Shown here piece by piece: positions 22,540-36,061 of a stretch of 64,000 bases of DNA. Positions within the stretch are counted from its first letter, which is position 1; the number at the start of each line of letters is the position of its first letter. This stretch comes from Squalus acanthias. Its lineage: Eukaryota. Location: NCBI GenBank assembly GCA_030390025.1, contig CM059433.1, forward strand, positions 5,270,001-5,334,000. The letters are read 5' to 3'. Below the pieces are notes generated by a model. The model had not been told where the DNA came from and ran no database searches. It saw nothing but the letters and a program-made list of their open reading frames with translations. The position numbers and the translations under genes were made by a program.

Positions 22540-22571
<32 letters not shown>

Positions 22572-23265
22572 GGTCGGTCGTTCTTTCGATCAGAAGTTAG
22601 CCTGCTTTAACGATCTAGCTTATTTTTCCAGTAATACGGCCCCATTACAATATCTAACTAACTCTTGAACAATACCAAAGAAAGAAAGAACCTGCATTTA
22701 TAAAATATCTTTCAGGATCTCTATAGAGTTTTTTTTTACTCTCTCTTTACTCTTTAGATTATCCAAAGGTAAGATCAACCAAGGCTTTACATTTTTCTAA
22801 CAATTGTTTTTTTGAAAGATTTTATCATGATTTCTTAGCACACAGTGCCAATCTTTATTCCAGATACAGGGATGGAGCAGGAGGTAACAACACAAATAAT
22901 CTCTGCATCACAGTGGTGTCTGAAATAGATTACAACACAGCAGAAACCTTTGGAAAATAGCAGTGAAACGAGGGTGACTAAATGTAGGAGTTGGACTGCG
23001 TGGGCACATTGGGCACGGTGCAAGATAATATTGGTGACATTCATTCAACTGTACAACCAACCTCATTACTGCAAACTCACAGGGACAGACAGATTATTCT
23101 TATCAGAGGCTTATTTCATAGAGGTCTGTGCTCTGCATCTGGCTATAGTCAGGAATAGGGAACCTTTGGATTTGGAAATGTATTTCTTATGTATTATTAT
23201 AAAAAGTTTTGACAATATAAATTGTACAAACATGTCTTAGATGTCTGCATTTGTGGAAATATTAT

Positions 23266-24249
23266 TGGCCCGGAATTTGCGGTGGGTAATAACAGCGAAT
23301 GAAGAGCGTTAGCTGTTATTACCCCTTTGAAACTGACCGCAACTTCAGGATAAGAACATAAGAACATAAGAAATAGGAGCAGGAGTTGGCCATTCGGCCC
23401 CTCGAGCCTGCTCCGCCATTCAATGAGATCATGGCTGATCTTCTACTTCATCTCCACTTTCCTGCACTATCCCCATATCCCTTGATTCCCTTAGTATTCA
23501 AAAATCTATCGATCTCTGTCTTGAATATACTCAACGACTGAGCCTCCACAGCCCTGTGGGTTGTAGTGCATGCGCATCCTAAAGCGGAAATCCTGAAGTT
23601 GCGGTCAGTCATTCACTGCTCCGACACTGGCTGCGCTGTGGCACCCCCCCAGCCCCCTCCCCCACAGTCGGCAATCAGTGTAATCTGTGAAATCAGGCAA
23701 GCTGAAGAAAACTTCGGCTCTTCCGCGGTAATATCGCTGTTAAATACCCCATTAAAAGTTCGACCCTTTTTGATCAGGTGTAGCTGGGGTTTTAGCAGCG
23801 TATTGGCTGCTGAACAAACGTCATGGCCCCGAAAAACTAAATTTGGAGAGTGTCAAATTTATCCATTTTAATAAAAGTTTTAAGAAACTTAAAAACATTT
23901 TTTTTTAAAGTTGGTTCATCTTTATTTCAGGTTTGCCTTTCCCTGTGTGAGAGCTCCAATCTTTGTTTTGCTCTCTATAACATTTAAAAAAAAAGTTAGA
24001 ATCAAAGGAGCTTACCCACTTCCAGGTTCTCGGTCTGTGCGAATTCTGCATTGTGATTGACTGCTTAGACAGCTTGTTGATGTCACAGCAGCTCGCGCTA
24101 TGGATTCCCCATTACACTACGCTGATTTCAGTTGCACGTTGGAAAAGCCGAACTTCTCGCCACAGAGATCGTGAGATCCTTGTAGGAAGCTTACTCCGGG
24201 GCCAGCGGCAAACGCCTTTGCTTCACCGCTGATCGCAAATTACAGGCCC
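23266..24249. mobile_element. Harbinger-type MITE containing a CR1 3' fragment (about 23353-23558, minus)
   Basis: TIRs GGCCCGGAATTTGCG / CGCAAATTACAGGCCC. Internal (AAGAACAT)n CR1 tail. Confidence 0.7.
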
Positions 24250-25321
24250 TAATATTTCATGGTAAGGGTCGACCAACAGTGTTTCCACTTTTTGGGGTTC
24301 GATTTTGACTACCTTCGCCTGCCATGAATGTGGCGGTAATCACCCCAAATTGGGGTCAGTAGTCTCACAGCCCTGTTACCGCCGCCGATGCAGCCAGCTC
24401 CACTTTGAAAGGGGCTGCCCGCCGGGTGTCCAAAGCACCCGCCTGTTTCTGGCAATAGGCCCCATTAAATATGAATATCCGGATCTGTAACATAAATGGG
24501 ACTCCAATTGTCATTTTAGGTTGGAACTGCAATGGAACCAAAGAGGCCCGGTAAAGGTAAGTGTTGAATTAAAATAACCGCCCCCCACCCCCCCCCGACC
24601 CCACCACAGTGTACCCTTCTGGCAGCCGGGGTGGGGGGTTGGGCATCGTTGACGGAAAGGGGGGCCTGCGGTGCGGCCGTGGCCCACAGTATTTTTGTGG
24701 AGCCCAAAGGATCATTCCCGTCCCCACGAAAATAATGAACAACTTCCCTCGTCGGTTGGGCTGCCAGTTGATACTTGGGCAGGTCATGCGCAAACACTCT
24801 GCCCAGTACGGTCCTCAAGTGGCAAACGGATATTGCTAATGTCATAGGACCCTGATTTGCATTTTAAATGAGCCTACCGCCTGACTCAAGCGGGAGTCCC
24901 GGCTTCCCAGCAGTAAGCCCGGGGAAGATGGTGGCTGCCATAGCGACAGTGGGAATGTGGCGATACGTCACTTCCCGCCCTTTTTGGAAATGTTACTGTC
25001 CCGTTTCCCCCAGATAGGAGGCCAAAAGATTTTCCCTTTGTAAGGGAGGGGGGCCAAGCCATTCACTTCAAATACAAGCAGCTTGTGCATATCTTCGTAG
25101 CCTATTTCTCAGTCTGCCTTGTTCAAATTGTGTATCTGATGCGACCAGGGAGAGATTGGTAGGACAGGCTCTGTGGATGGTAAGCAACCAGTCACCACAT
25201 AAAGGATGATATTCAGGGACCTTGTGTCTCATCTAGTTTACATCGCAATTTAGCACAGCAAATGCAGCTGCTTGTCTATTTCTACCTTACAGGAAGGATA
25301 ATTAAGCCTGTAACTACTGTA

Positions 25322-26733
25322 CAATAACAACAACAACTTGTATTTATATAGCGTCTTTAACGTAGTAAAACGTCCCAAGGCGCTTCACAGGAGTATTTAA
25401 AGACAAAAAATTTGACACCGATCCACATAAGGATAAATTAGGGCAGGTGACCAAAAGCTTGGTCAAAGAGGTAGGTTTTAAGGAGCGTCTTAAAGGAGGA
25501 AAGAGAGGTAGCGAGGCGGAGAGGTTTAGGGAGGGATTTCCAGAGCTTAGGACCCAGGCAGCTGAAGAGACGACCACTGATGGTTGAACGATTATAATCA
25601 GGGATGCTCAAGAGGGCAGAATTAGAGGAGCGCAGATATCTCGGGGGGTTGTGGGGCTGAAGGAGATTACAGAGATAGGGAGGGGCGAGGCCATGGAGGG
25701 ATTTGAAAACAAGGATGAGAATTTTGAAATCGAGGCGCTGCTTAACCGGGAGCCAATGTAGGTCAGCGAGCACAGGGGTGATGGGCGAACGGGACTTGGT
25801 GCGAGTTAGGACACGGGCAGCCGAGTTTTGGATGACCTCAAGTTTACGTAGTGTGGAATGTGGGAGGCCAGCCAGGAGTGCGTTGGAATAGTCAAGTCTG
25901 GAGGTAACAAAGGCATGGATGAGGGTTTCAGCAGCGGATGAGCTGAGGCAAGGGCGGAGACGGGCGATGTTACGGAGGTGGAAATAGGCGGTCTTAGTTA
26001 TGCCGTGGATATGTGGTCGGAAGCTCATTTCAGGGTCAAATATGACACCAAGGTTGCAAACAGTCTGGTTCAGCCTCAGACAGATGTTAGGGAGAGGGAT
26101 GGAGTCAGTGGCTAGGGACCAGAGTTTGTGGCGGGGACCGAACGCAATGGCTTCGGTCTTCCCAATATTTAATTGGAGAAAATTTCTGCTCATCTAATAC
26201 TGGATGTCGGACAAGCAGTCTGACAATTTAGAGACCGTGGAGGGGTTGAGAGAAGTGGTGGTGAGGTAGAGCTGGGTGTTCTCAGCGTACATGTGGAAAC
26301 TGACGCTGTGTTTTCGGATGATGTCACCAAGTGGCAACATGTAGATGAGAAATAGGAGGGGGCCGAGGATAGATCCTTGGGGGACCCCAGAGGTAACGAT
26401 GCGGGAGCTGGAAGAGAAGCCATTGCAGGTGATTCTCTGGTTACGATTAGATAGATAAGAATGGAACCAGGCGAGTGCAGTCCCACCCAGCTGGACGACG
26501 GTGGAGAGGCGTTAGAGAAGAATGGAGTGGTCAACCGTGTCAAAGGCTGCAGACAAGTCAAGAAGGACGAGGAGGGATAGTTTACCTTTGTCACAGTCAC
26601 AAAGGATGTCATTTGTGACTTTGATGAGAGCCATTTCGGTATTGTGGCAAGGGCGAAACCTGATTGGAGGGATTCAAACATGGAATTGCGGGAAAGATGG
26701 GCACGGATTTGGGAGGCGACAACACGTTCAAGG
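25322..26733 (-). mobile_element. L2 LINE 3' half (RT C-terminal region), few disablements, (TTG)n tail
   Basis: MSRNFLQLNIGKTE...LIHAFVTSRLDYSNALLAGLP...IQNSAARVLT...ITPVLADLHWLPV. Confidence 0.93.
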
Positions 26734-28064
26734 CCTGTACTGTAAATGAAAAGTGTGCCATTGGGGACAATTTTAACTGCGCCTGCCCGGAGGGAGCGGT
26801 GAGTGCGAAGGGTTAGAATCGTCTGAATCCACTTACCGATTCGAGGTCGCACCATTCCCTGCCGGTGACACTTTATGTTCACCGCCTTTGAAGTCGGCCG
26901 AGGCTCCCACTGCCGACCGGCGGGGGCCTAATTTAAATCTTAAATCTGTGGCCTGATGCATTTCAACTTCTGCATTCGGGAGCCCTGCACGGGGCCAACC
27001 CCGACATCGCAACCATAGCGGGAACCAGTGGTCAGAGGAGGCCACAGTAAGTTTGAAAAAAAAATAATTTTAATGCGGAATCCTTGTGGGCCAGGAGGAG
27101 CAGGATACAAGGCTAACTTGGGCTTCCCCTGCCCCGGGTTTCCCATCTTCCGCCCGACTGCTAAAACACTTCCGATCGCCCCCTTCCTCACTTATCTTGC
27201 CGGGGATCGTTTTCTTGTGCTGACTACCCGTGACTTTCCACTGCCACCTGCCAGTGTTGACATCCGGCTTTGGGCGGGAGTCAGTTTCGTGGTATTCAGA
27301 TGAGGCCCAGGAGATTAAATTTGCACGGTCCGGAGAGCCAGTCCTATCGCCATCCGCTTCGACCCCTGCACCCACAATTCCTGCCCCTGGATTAAAATCA
27401 ACCCCATTAGTTCCTGTTCACTTATTCATTTGCTGTTTAATGAATCTATTTGGCCGATTATAGCCTAGGTTTCACTATCACATGAAATCCCTTGTCTTCA
27501 CTGTTTTAGCAGAACCATTAACTTGTTTGAAATAAAGCAATTCCCTATTGGATTTCTTGGTGACTATCTTATATTGATGGCCTCTAGTTTTGCTCTTCCC
27601 CACAAGTTAGTTTGTTGTCTATTCTTATGGACAACAAAAATTATACAAGATTTTGAAGTCTCATACGTGGCAAAACAGAGCCCAACTTACTGATGCAATC
27701 TTTCTATCATGTCTTGTTAAATTGTTGTTTTCAGTGATGAACTGATATCAGAGCAGGTTAATATTACTGTTCCTCTGGCTGCTGCAAAGAAAATGTCACT
27801 TTATGATAAAGTGCTTCACAAACCTTCATTTATTTAAACACACACAACAATGAGGTAACTCCTATTAAAATGCATCACTTGCATGTCACGCTGGGTAAAG
27901 ATTTTATCTGATTGCTACATGTTAGTGAACTTGTTAGTGGGAAGATTCCTTACACTCACTGGGGTAATTCTAACTTTTGGTTATATTGTAAAATGGGCGA
28001 TATTGGATCGGTTACCCACTATACACCTCTCCCGATATTTCTTCCACTGAAATTCTTTTCATTG

Positions 28065-28490
28065 GTTCAGTGATAGCACTCTGGCCTCTGAGTGAGGTGG
28101 TTGCGGATTCAAGCCCCACTCTAGAGACTTGAGAGCATATTCTGGGCTGACACTCCAGTGCAGTACTGAAGGAGTGCAGCACTGTTGGAGATGGATGAGA
28201 CTTTAAACCGAGCCCTTGCCTAACCTCTCAGGTGGGCGTAAAAGACCCCAAGGCACTATTCCAAGAAGAGCAGGGGAGTTCTCCCTGGTGTCCTGGCCAA
28301 TATTTATCCCTCAACCAACAGCAATAAGACACTAAAACATTGCTGTTTGTGGGAGCTTGCTGTGCGTCAATAGGCTGCTGCGTTTCCCTCCATTGCACCA
28401 GTGACCACACTTCAAAAATGACTTAATTGGCTGTAAAGCGCTTTGGGATGTCCTGAGGGTGTGAAAGGTGTTATGCAAATGCAAGCTCTT
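28065..28490 (+). mobile_element. Deu-domain SINE, diverged
   Basis: tRNA-like head, Deu core and L2-like tail. Confidence 0.75.
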
Positions 28491-28623
28491 TAATAGGAGT
28501 TGAGCTGCACCGACCCCTGTCTCATTGTCAATACTACTTGGTCAATTATAGAAAATGATTAACTGTAATCATCTGGCAGTGTTCTCTGACTATATATGCT
28601 GTGCCTATATACATCTCTTCACT

Positions 28624-28709
28624 TCACCTGACGAAGGAGCAGCGCTCTGAAAGCTTGTGATTTCAAATAAAACTGTTGCACTATAACCTGGTGTTGTGCG
28701 ACTTCTCAC
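28624..28709 (+). mobile_element. Penelope pLTR fragment with hammerhead motif (28624-28660)
   Basis: TCAC-CTGACGA-A-GGAGC-AGC-GCTCT-GAAA-GC-TT-GTGA followed by CTATAACCTGGTGTTGTGCGACTTCTC. Confidence 0.8.
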
Positions 28710-29146
28710 AATTATAGAAAAGGAAGGGAAAATGGAGAGTGAAATACACGATTTAATCCTGCTTGGGTTTTCTAGGTATGAGAAAAAACTAGTAAATACA
28801 AGCCAGTTAATGGATGATGTGAAAAGTGGAGTCAATTTAAAAACTGGATTAACTGACAGTTTGACAAAGTGGATCGGGAAGTATTTGTTTTGCTTGGAAA
28901 GTAGATGAAAACGTTGAGCGATACAGAAAGCTTTTTCTTTTCCCATAGCAGAAAGATTAACATAAAGCAGATCAGACACCCACGTGGCCTGTGACATTCA
29001 ATTTATATTACAGTGGCAGCAGGCTGAGCCTCCCTTTACCAACAGCAATGACAAGCGTCTGTTGTCGTATTGGCTGCTGGTTAAAGAGACAAACGTGACC
29101 TGTCTCAGGACTTGGGATCAGGAGTCAGAATGGCATATGTAAACTC

Positions 29147-30200
29147 TTGGGGCGCAAAAATTTGGGATCGGTAGTGCACGTTGTTTGGGCACTACGGGCG
29201 CCCCTTGGGTTACAAAATGGTGTCGATGTGTGGGGCGAATCGCTGAATGCCATATCAGTGAGGGCGCTAGCGCACGCGCATCTAACGTCCACAGAGCAGG
29301 CAGATCATGATGGCAATCAGCGTGCAACGCTTATGTGATGCAGCAGCGGCATTTTGGAGCTCGACCCTCAGTCAATGCCCTTCTCTTAAACTCACATGGC
29401 TGAGCACGCGTTCAGCAGGAAGGACCCCGACCCCCCGGCGCTATTTAAAGGGAAGAAAGACTTGCATTTATACAGCCCCTTTCACGACCACCGGACGTCT
29501 CAAAGTGCTTTACAGCCAGTGAAGTACTTTTTTTTTGAAGTGTAGTCACTGTTGTAATGTGGGAAACGCAGCAGCCAATTTGCACACAGCAAGATCCCAC
29601 AAACAGCAATGTGATAATGACCAGATAATCTGTTTTTTTGGTTAAGGGATAAATATTGGCCCCAGGACAGCGGGGATAACTCCCCTGCTCTTCTTCGAAA
29701 TAGTGCCGCGGGATCTTTTATGTCCACCTGACGGGGCTTCGGTTTAACGTCTCATCCGAAAGACGGCACCTCCGACAGTGCAGCACTCCCTCAGCACTGC
29801 ACAGGAGTGTCAGCCTAGCTTTTTGTGCTCAAGTCTCTGGAGTGGGACTTGAACCCACAACCTTCTGACTCAAGAGGCGAGTGTGCTGCCCACTGAGCCA
29901 CGGCTGACACTTTAAAGGATCATCAGCTACTTACAGGTTAGTTGCTGGTTGACTTCTTCTGGCTGTTGGTACAATTCGACGAGTGTTTGGTGATTTCTGT
30001 AGTTGTTTCAAGTTGCAAAAGTCGACAGGGAGTGGTGTGGCAGGAGCTGAAGAACCTTTTCTTGACTTCAAGGCTTCTGCCCAAACCGAAAGGTGGCAAT
30101 TTGAGCAATCAGCCATCAGACTGGATATTGTTTCACGAGCGCTTTCACTGCACCAAGGACCGAGGCTTTCAATCTGGGATTTAAAGGTGTTTGGATTGAA
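29147..30200 (+). mobile_element. Harbinger left-end fragment, interrupted by a SINE
   Basis: Matches 4198-4600 and the reverse complement of 59880-60361 (atttaaagggatca.ca.c.ac.tacaggt.agttgct). Confidence 0.6.
29452..29910 (-). mobile_element. Full-length Deu-domain SINE
   Basis: Head GTGTCAGCCGTGGCTCAGTGG with A- and B-boxes. TTTAAAGG(G)A duplicated on both sides. Confidence 0.9.
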
Positions 30201-30927
30201 TGAAAGAATTTCAGAACCAGCCAAAAAATTAAAGCAGCAAATTAAAGATGTTTTTATGCCAACGGTTACTTTATTCATTTAAATTCTGAAATTCCTGTGC
30301 AGGTGGCAATGATCTGTCTCAAAATCGGAGGCTGTATCCATCACATTGGCTCTGAATGTTCGATTCTGATCACCTTTGCTGCAGGATTCCTCAGGCTATC
30401 AGCAGACTGAAAACACATGAAATGGCAAAGATCATGACACAGAGCGCTGAAATAGTCAATTCCTGTTTGTAATTGAGCCTGCCTTAATCTATGGTGCTAC
30501 TCCCATTGTCTGTTTGTAATGGCTCACTTAATTCCAGACTCATTTTCAGGTTTTCCATTACTTAAATTAACTCTTCTCAATTTGCTTCATTGATGCTGTA
30601 ATATCTCTTTCAACAATCTGCCAGTTTTAGGTCAATTTCATGCATTCAAAATCAAACAGCCAGTGCTGTCTATATATTGGAACCGATTTAGAAGAAAAGC
30701 TATTAAGGATTATATTACTGCAATAAAATAAAGTCATCTTTGAAAGATGAATAGTTAGAGTGAAATAATTATAGAAATCTAAAATGGGACAGAACGGCAT
30801 TTGTCAGTAAAGCAAGACCCAGGAATGGCAATATTGGACTTTAAACACGTTGGTACATTTATTGATATCTTGTGCATGAGTTGGAATCCAGGAACCGAAT
30901 CAATTTAACAAAAAGCAAAATACTGCG

Positions 30928-31660
30928 ATTTTTTTTAAAATTCGTTCATGGGATGTGGGCGTCGCTGGCAAGGCCAGCATTTATTGCCCATCCCTAATTG
31001 CCCTTGAGAAGGTGGTGATGAGCTGCCTTCTTGAACCGCTGCAGTCCGTGTGGTGAAGGTACTCCCACAGTGCTGTTAGGGAGGGAGTTCCAGGATTTTG
31101 ACCCAGTGACAATGAAGGATCAGCCGATATACTTCCAAGTCAGGATGGTGTGTGACTTGGAGGGGAACTTGGAGGTGGTGGTGTTCCCATACGCCTGCTG
31201 CCCTTGTCCTTCTAGGTGGGAGAGGTCGCGGGTTTGGGAGGTGCTGCCGAAGAAGCCTTGGCGAGTTGCTGCAGTGCATCTTGTAGATGGCACACACTGC
31301 AGCCACGGTACATAGAAACATAGAAACATAGAAGATAGGAGCAGGAGTAGGCTATTCAGCCCCTCGAGCCTGCTCCGCCATTCGATGAGATCATGGCTGA
31401 TCATCCAAACTCAGTACCCTGTACCTGCCTTCTCCCCATATCCCTTGATACCTTTATCTTTAAGAAATATATCTAACTCATTCTTGAATATATTAAATGA
31501 CTTGGCCTCAACTACCTTCTGTGGTAGAGAATTCCACAGGTTCACCACTGTCTGGGTACGCCGGTGGTGGAGGGAGTGAATGTTTAAGGTGGTGGATGGG
31601 GTGCCAATCAAGCGGGCTGCTTTGTCCTGGATGGTGTCGAGCTTCTTGAGTGTTGTTGGT
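30928..31660 (-). mobile_element. CR1/L2-group LINE 3' fragment with a nested CR1 3' end (about 31312-31554, GGTAC duplication)
   Basis: The LINE text CACGGTAC...GCCGGTGGTGG is split by a (ATAGAAAC)n-tailed CR1 piece. Confidence 0.85.
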
Positions 31661-31669
31661 AGTCTGATA

Positions 31670-31775
31670 TAACAACAGAAAATACTGCAAACACTCAAGC
31701 AGGTCAGGCAGCATCTGTGGAGAGAGGAAGGCAGGTTTAACGTTTCAGGTCGATGGCCTTTCGTCAGGACTGGAA
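31670..31775 (-). mobile_element. Second Penelope-associated short repeat with hammerhead motif (31735-31771)
   Basis: Minus strand: AGTC-CTGACGA-AAGGCC-ATC-GACCT-GAAA-CG-TT-AAAC. Confidence 0.6.
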
Positions 31776-32864
31776 TGAGATCCACCCTCTCCACCATGTG
31801 TCGGTACGTGCACACTCTCGACCTCTCTCTCCAGCAGCACCGACTCGCTATATTTCAAAGCTATCCTTGTTCTTAGTTCTGCCCGTCCAAATTTCTAGGC
31901 CAATATCTCTCATCAGAACCCCACGCTCACCTACATTATCACTTTATCTACTTACTGACCAATCAGGCCTTAATGAAGGATCCCACTCGAAATGTTAAGC
32001 TTTGACTCTCGGAGCATCTAGCCTACGTACGGTTTTAGTTGAAATATTTTCAATCCTCTGTGTGTTCCCCACACCTCTCGCATCAGTGAAGAAGCACCGT
32101 ACTGGTAAGTGCATGAGAAAGCACAGAGGTAATGGCCTGAGGAAGCAGGAGCATTTCTGCCACGCAGGCAAGGAGCTGCTAGGCTTTTGCTCGGCCTGTC
32201 CTGAGTTAGCTAATCTCAGTATGGGCATTGTAGGGGCACTACAATTGGTTTCAGCAGATTTGGCCAAGAGAAGGAGAAAATCAACTAGAGTTCCATTGCC
32301 GATCACTATCCAATGACTACTGCTGACAAAATGCGTGTGTGTGTGTGTGTGTGTGAATGCCAGGTTGAGTACATGATGAGGCTCAACTGTGATATCTCCA
32401 CAACTGAATTACTTCCCAACACTCGCTGTCCGGGTTCACACAAGAACACTGTCCATTCGGACAAGGAACTGGAGACAACACCCATAGAACCACACAAGAA
32501 CACAAGAAGGCTGGAAGCATGTTAAATACCACGTGATGTCCCTGTCACTGAGCGCTGCTGGTTCTTGCTTGACCATCAACATTTCCTTTCTCACTCTTCA
32601 CATTGACCGTATCCTACCCACAAACCTCTCCTTGCAGCATTAAGCAAACAGACAATAACTGCGTAGTTTGTGTGTTGAGACATGCAGGGCCTCAAGACGA
32701 GATCTCAAAGGCATTGACTAGAACGTCGCAACATTGTCTCTCAATGGATATCACCTTGTCACTTTGTTGCCAAGTGTGCCCGCTCCTTGTATAAAGTGTA
32801 ACTCTTGTTACAAATTGCTATATTCTCCTTCCTTTGCGTGAAATGCCTTGTTACAAAAAATTTA

Positions 32865-33375
32865 GGGCTAAAAATTGAGTAGCACCCCATTTGGCGCCCC
32901 GGAAAAATTAGCGCCCCCGCGCCGGAAATTGAGTGGTTGCGCCCCAAGAGGGAAGCGGGGCGCTACTGGAAGCTCTTGGGACGCTGCGAGGGAATATTGC
33001 GGCGCTACGTGCCGCGGTATTGCAGGCCTTCCTCCCCTTCTTAAAGAAGGGGCCTTGCGCAGCGCGACCCGGGGCCCAGCTGGGCCCCCGGGGATCGGGA
33101 GTGTCGGCAAAAGAGCCCGGCACTCAAGAGAAGTGCCGAGCTGTTGGAGCGCAGCCGGCACTCCGCAGGGGGGGGGGCCGTTCAGGAGGCCGGGGACGGG
33201 AGCGTAGGCAGGTGATGGCAGGCGGCCAGCAGCAAAAATGGCCGCCCCGCACCTCGCCTTTAATTAGTGCCGCCCCGGCCGCAGGTAGGCCCTCCTGACC
33301 CCGTTGGACATAGCGTCCGGCGATAAGTCAGGGGGCGCTACCGAAGATCGTGGCCGGGGCGCGAGTGGGGCGCTG
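32865..33375 (-). mobile_element. Truncated, inverted copy of the MITE at 1404-2103
   Basis: High similarity, also visible as similar spurious ORFs (GTSLECRALLP, QQQKWPP). Confidence 0.85.
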
Positions 33376-35157
33376 CGCCTGGCGATGACACCATTCTTTG
33401 TTGGGGCCTTACCCCTGAAATATTCACTTGCTCTTTCAGCTGCTGGCTGACCTGTTGTGAATTTTTAGCATTTTCTATTTTAACTTCAGATTTCTGCCGT
33501 TCATGTTTTCTTTTTAATCTGTGATGGGCTGGGTTGCATCAGGCTCAGTTAGAACCTGCTGACTCTACAACAACAACAACAACTTGCATTTATATAGCAC
33601 CTTTGACATAGTAAATCGTCCCGAGGCGCTCCATAGGAGCGATTACCAAAACAAGACTTGCACATGTATTGGAAAGTGGGTCATAAATCGACACCTTTGG
33701 AATAGTTGTGGGAAAAATACAAGGTTTCGGCAAATTTGGACTCCTCAGATTTGAGTGCATCATTAACCTTTTTAAGAAAAGTGTTACTGGGCAAGTGGAG
33801 TGAGCTACTGAACACACATAAACCACATGGAAAGAATCTCCCTCCTTGCAGAGTTACTCAAGAGTCTTGAATGCAACTTCACATTTCGCAACATAGAACT
33901 TAGCTGATACTGGGGCAAACCTGCAACAATAAAGCTGCACTGACGATCTGTGTCGGCCAGGTGAGAGGTCAACCCACGTGTGGCCGGAACAAAGTGGCTG
34001 CCTCAGTATCCATCCAGCGCCACCATTATTGGCCATTTGCACGTGATGGTGCCAATGCTTTACCACTGGGTGGGGGGTCAGGAACAAGTTAATCCTGTTT
34101 CTGGAGGCAGTGCGCCACCTCTTTTTATATTACAATGCTAACCCCAAAGGCACAAGCTGCCTCTTGAGGCAGTGCTACAGGGTGTAGCAGTGAGCTGCGC
34201 CTCTTGTTTTACTAACGACAGTCACGTGTTCTTGTTTCCTATCGAATTGCAACAGCTGCTAAGGGTTCCCCGTCGTAACGGACTGTCTGGACGGAGGAGA
34301 AACACCCCCCAGGAACGTGTGAACGAATGTAACCACTGTGGTGCCCCACAGCTCAAAAGCCATGTGAAGATATCCAGTAATCGGACACCCTTTAAAGTTC
34401 AGCGTGACCATAGCGTTACACAAAGGATTGATAACCATTTTATAACCCACTCTCAGAAATGCAGCAAGACATTTCGGAAAGTAGCCTCAACAGCTGGTCG
34501 TTGTACCTCGTGGTATATTTGTGAAAGTGACCTTGTATCACAGAGCAGGACTTGTTCAGGATCCTTTCACGGGATCGTCATCATTCTACATTTAGAAAAA
34601 AAACGTATGGTCACGGCACGGCTATTTCTCAGCTGGAAGTATTAGCCATGAAAGGTGACCTTTAAAACCTACAGATCTCTTGCAGATTTTGAACTAAGAA
34701 GCAAATAAACCTTTCACAAAATAATTGTCTAAAATTGATTTTGTGGTTTTGTGTGGTTTTGTTGCAGTGGCAGGCTGTAATGGCTTCTCACAGATTCTGG
34801 CACTTGGTATTGCCTCAATACACAATAAAAAAAATTGCAGTATTGATTAGTTACTAACCAAAAGAGGGGTCAGGGTTTCCAGATAATTTCAACTTGATCT
34901 ATGGTGAACTATCCAATGACAATGAATGTTGAATGCAAAGGTTTCAATTCCGGTTGTTTAGAACTAAGTTTGCAAAGTTTGGGTGAAGGGCAGAGATGGG
35001 ATGTGAGCATTGACTTCCCTTGCGATAGCAAGTCTTAATTAAAGTACAGACATTTGATTTAAGTTCCGGTATCTGGCTGGAGATTAACAGGGTGATTCCA
35101 CAAGTGTTTCAATCAGGTGACTTGATATGTAGTTATTATTAGTAAGCAAATTAATAT

Positions 35158-35725
35158 CAACAACAATAACTTGCATTTATATAGCGCCTTTAACGCATTA
35201 AAACGTCCCAAGGCACTTTACAGGAACGTTATCAAACAAAATTTGACACCGAGCCACATAAGGAGAAATTAGGGCAGACTAGGTAAAAGAGGTAGGTTTT
35301 AAGGAGCGTCTTAAAGGAGGGAAGAGAGGTAGAGAGGCGGAGAGGTTTAGGGAGGGAATTCCAGAGTTTAGGAACTTGGCAGCTGAAGGCACGGCCACCA
35401 ATGGTGGAGCGATTATAATCAGGGATGCGCAAGAGGCCAGAATTGGAGCAGCGTAGATATCTCGGGCGGTGTTGTAGGACTGGAGGAGGTTACAGAGATA
35501 GGGAGGGGTGAGGCCATGGAGGGATTTGAAAACAAGGATGAGAATTTTGAAATCGAGGCATTGCTCAACCAGGAGCCAATGTAGGTCAGCGAGCACAGGG
35601 GTGATCGGTGAATAGGACATGTTAGGACATGGGCAGCCGAGTTGTGGATAAGCTTAAGTTTATGGAGGGTGGAAGATGGGAGGCCGACCAGGAGTGCGTT
35701 GGAATAGTCAAGTCTGGATATAACA
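35158..35725 (-). mobile_element. L2 LINE 3' fragment
   Basis: SRLDYSNALLVGLP and PITPVLADLHWL frames; (TTG)n tail. Confidence 0.85.
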
Positions 35726-36061
35726 AGTGGTTTGAAGGACAATGAGATATTTTAACTCTCGCCTCATATCAATTATCACTTCGTGTTTTCACTTTGGAGG
35801 AATGTTTGACACCTGCTTCTTTCTCTTTTCTCATGAACTATTGTGTGCTTCCTGCAAGAAGCCGAGAGCTTCCTTGAGTGACAAATCTTTCTGATTGGAA
35901 ACAGATTAAATGTAATTTCAGAGCAAATATGCTCCTTTTGTTGAACTGTTATGTCACGTAGCATCCGTGGCTGGAATGTAAAACAGCGAAGTCTTGCCTC
36001 TTGGCGTATCCAAGTCTAGATTCAAACTGGGTCTTTCACCAGTAAAGAAAATGCTTTCCTA

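Larger units (their letters stand above)
19019..22560 (+). mobile_element. Deu-domain SINE split by the Gypsy insertion (19019-19092 and 22306-22560)
   Basis: ...GTAAAAGATCCCAT | GGCACTATTTCGAAGAAGAGCAGGGG... rejoins to match intact copies such as 46068-46527. Confidence 0.85.
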
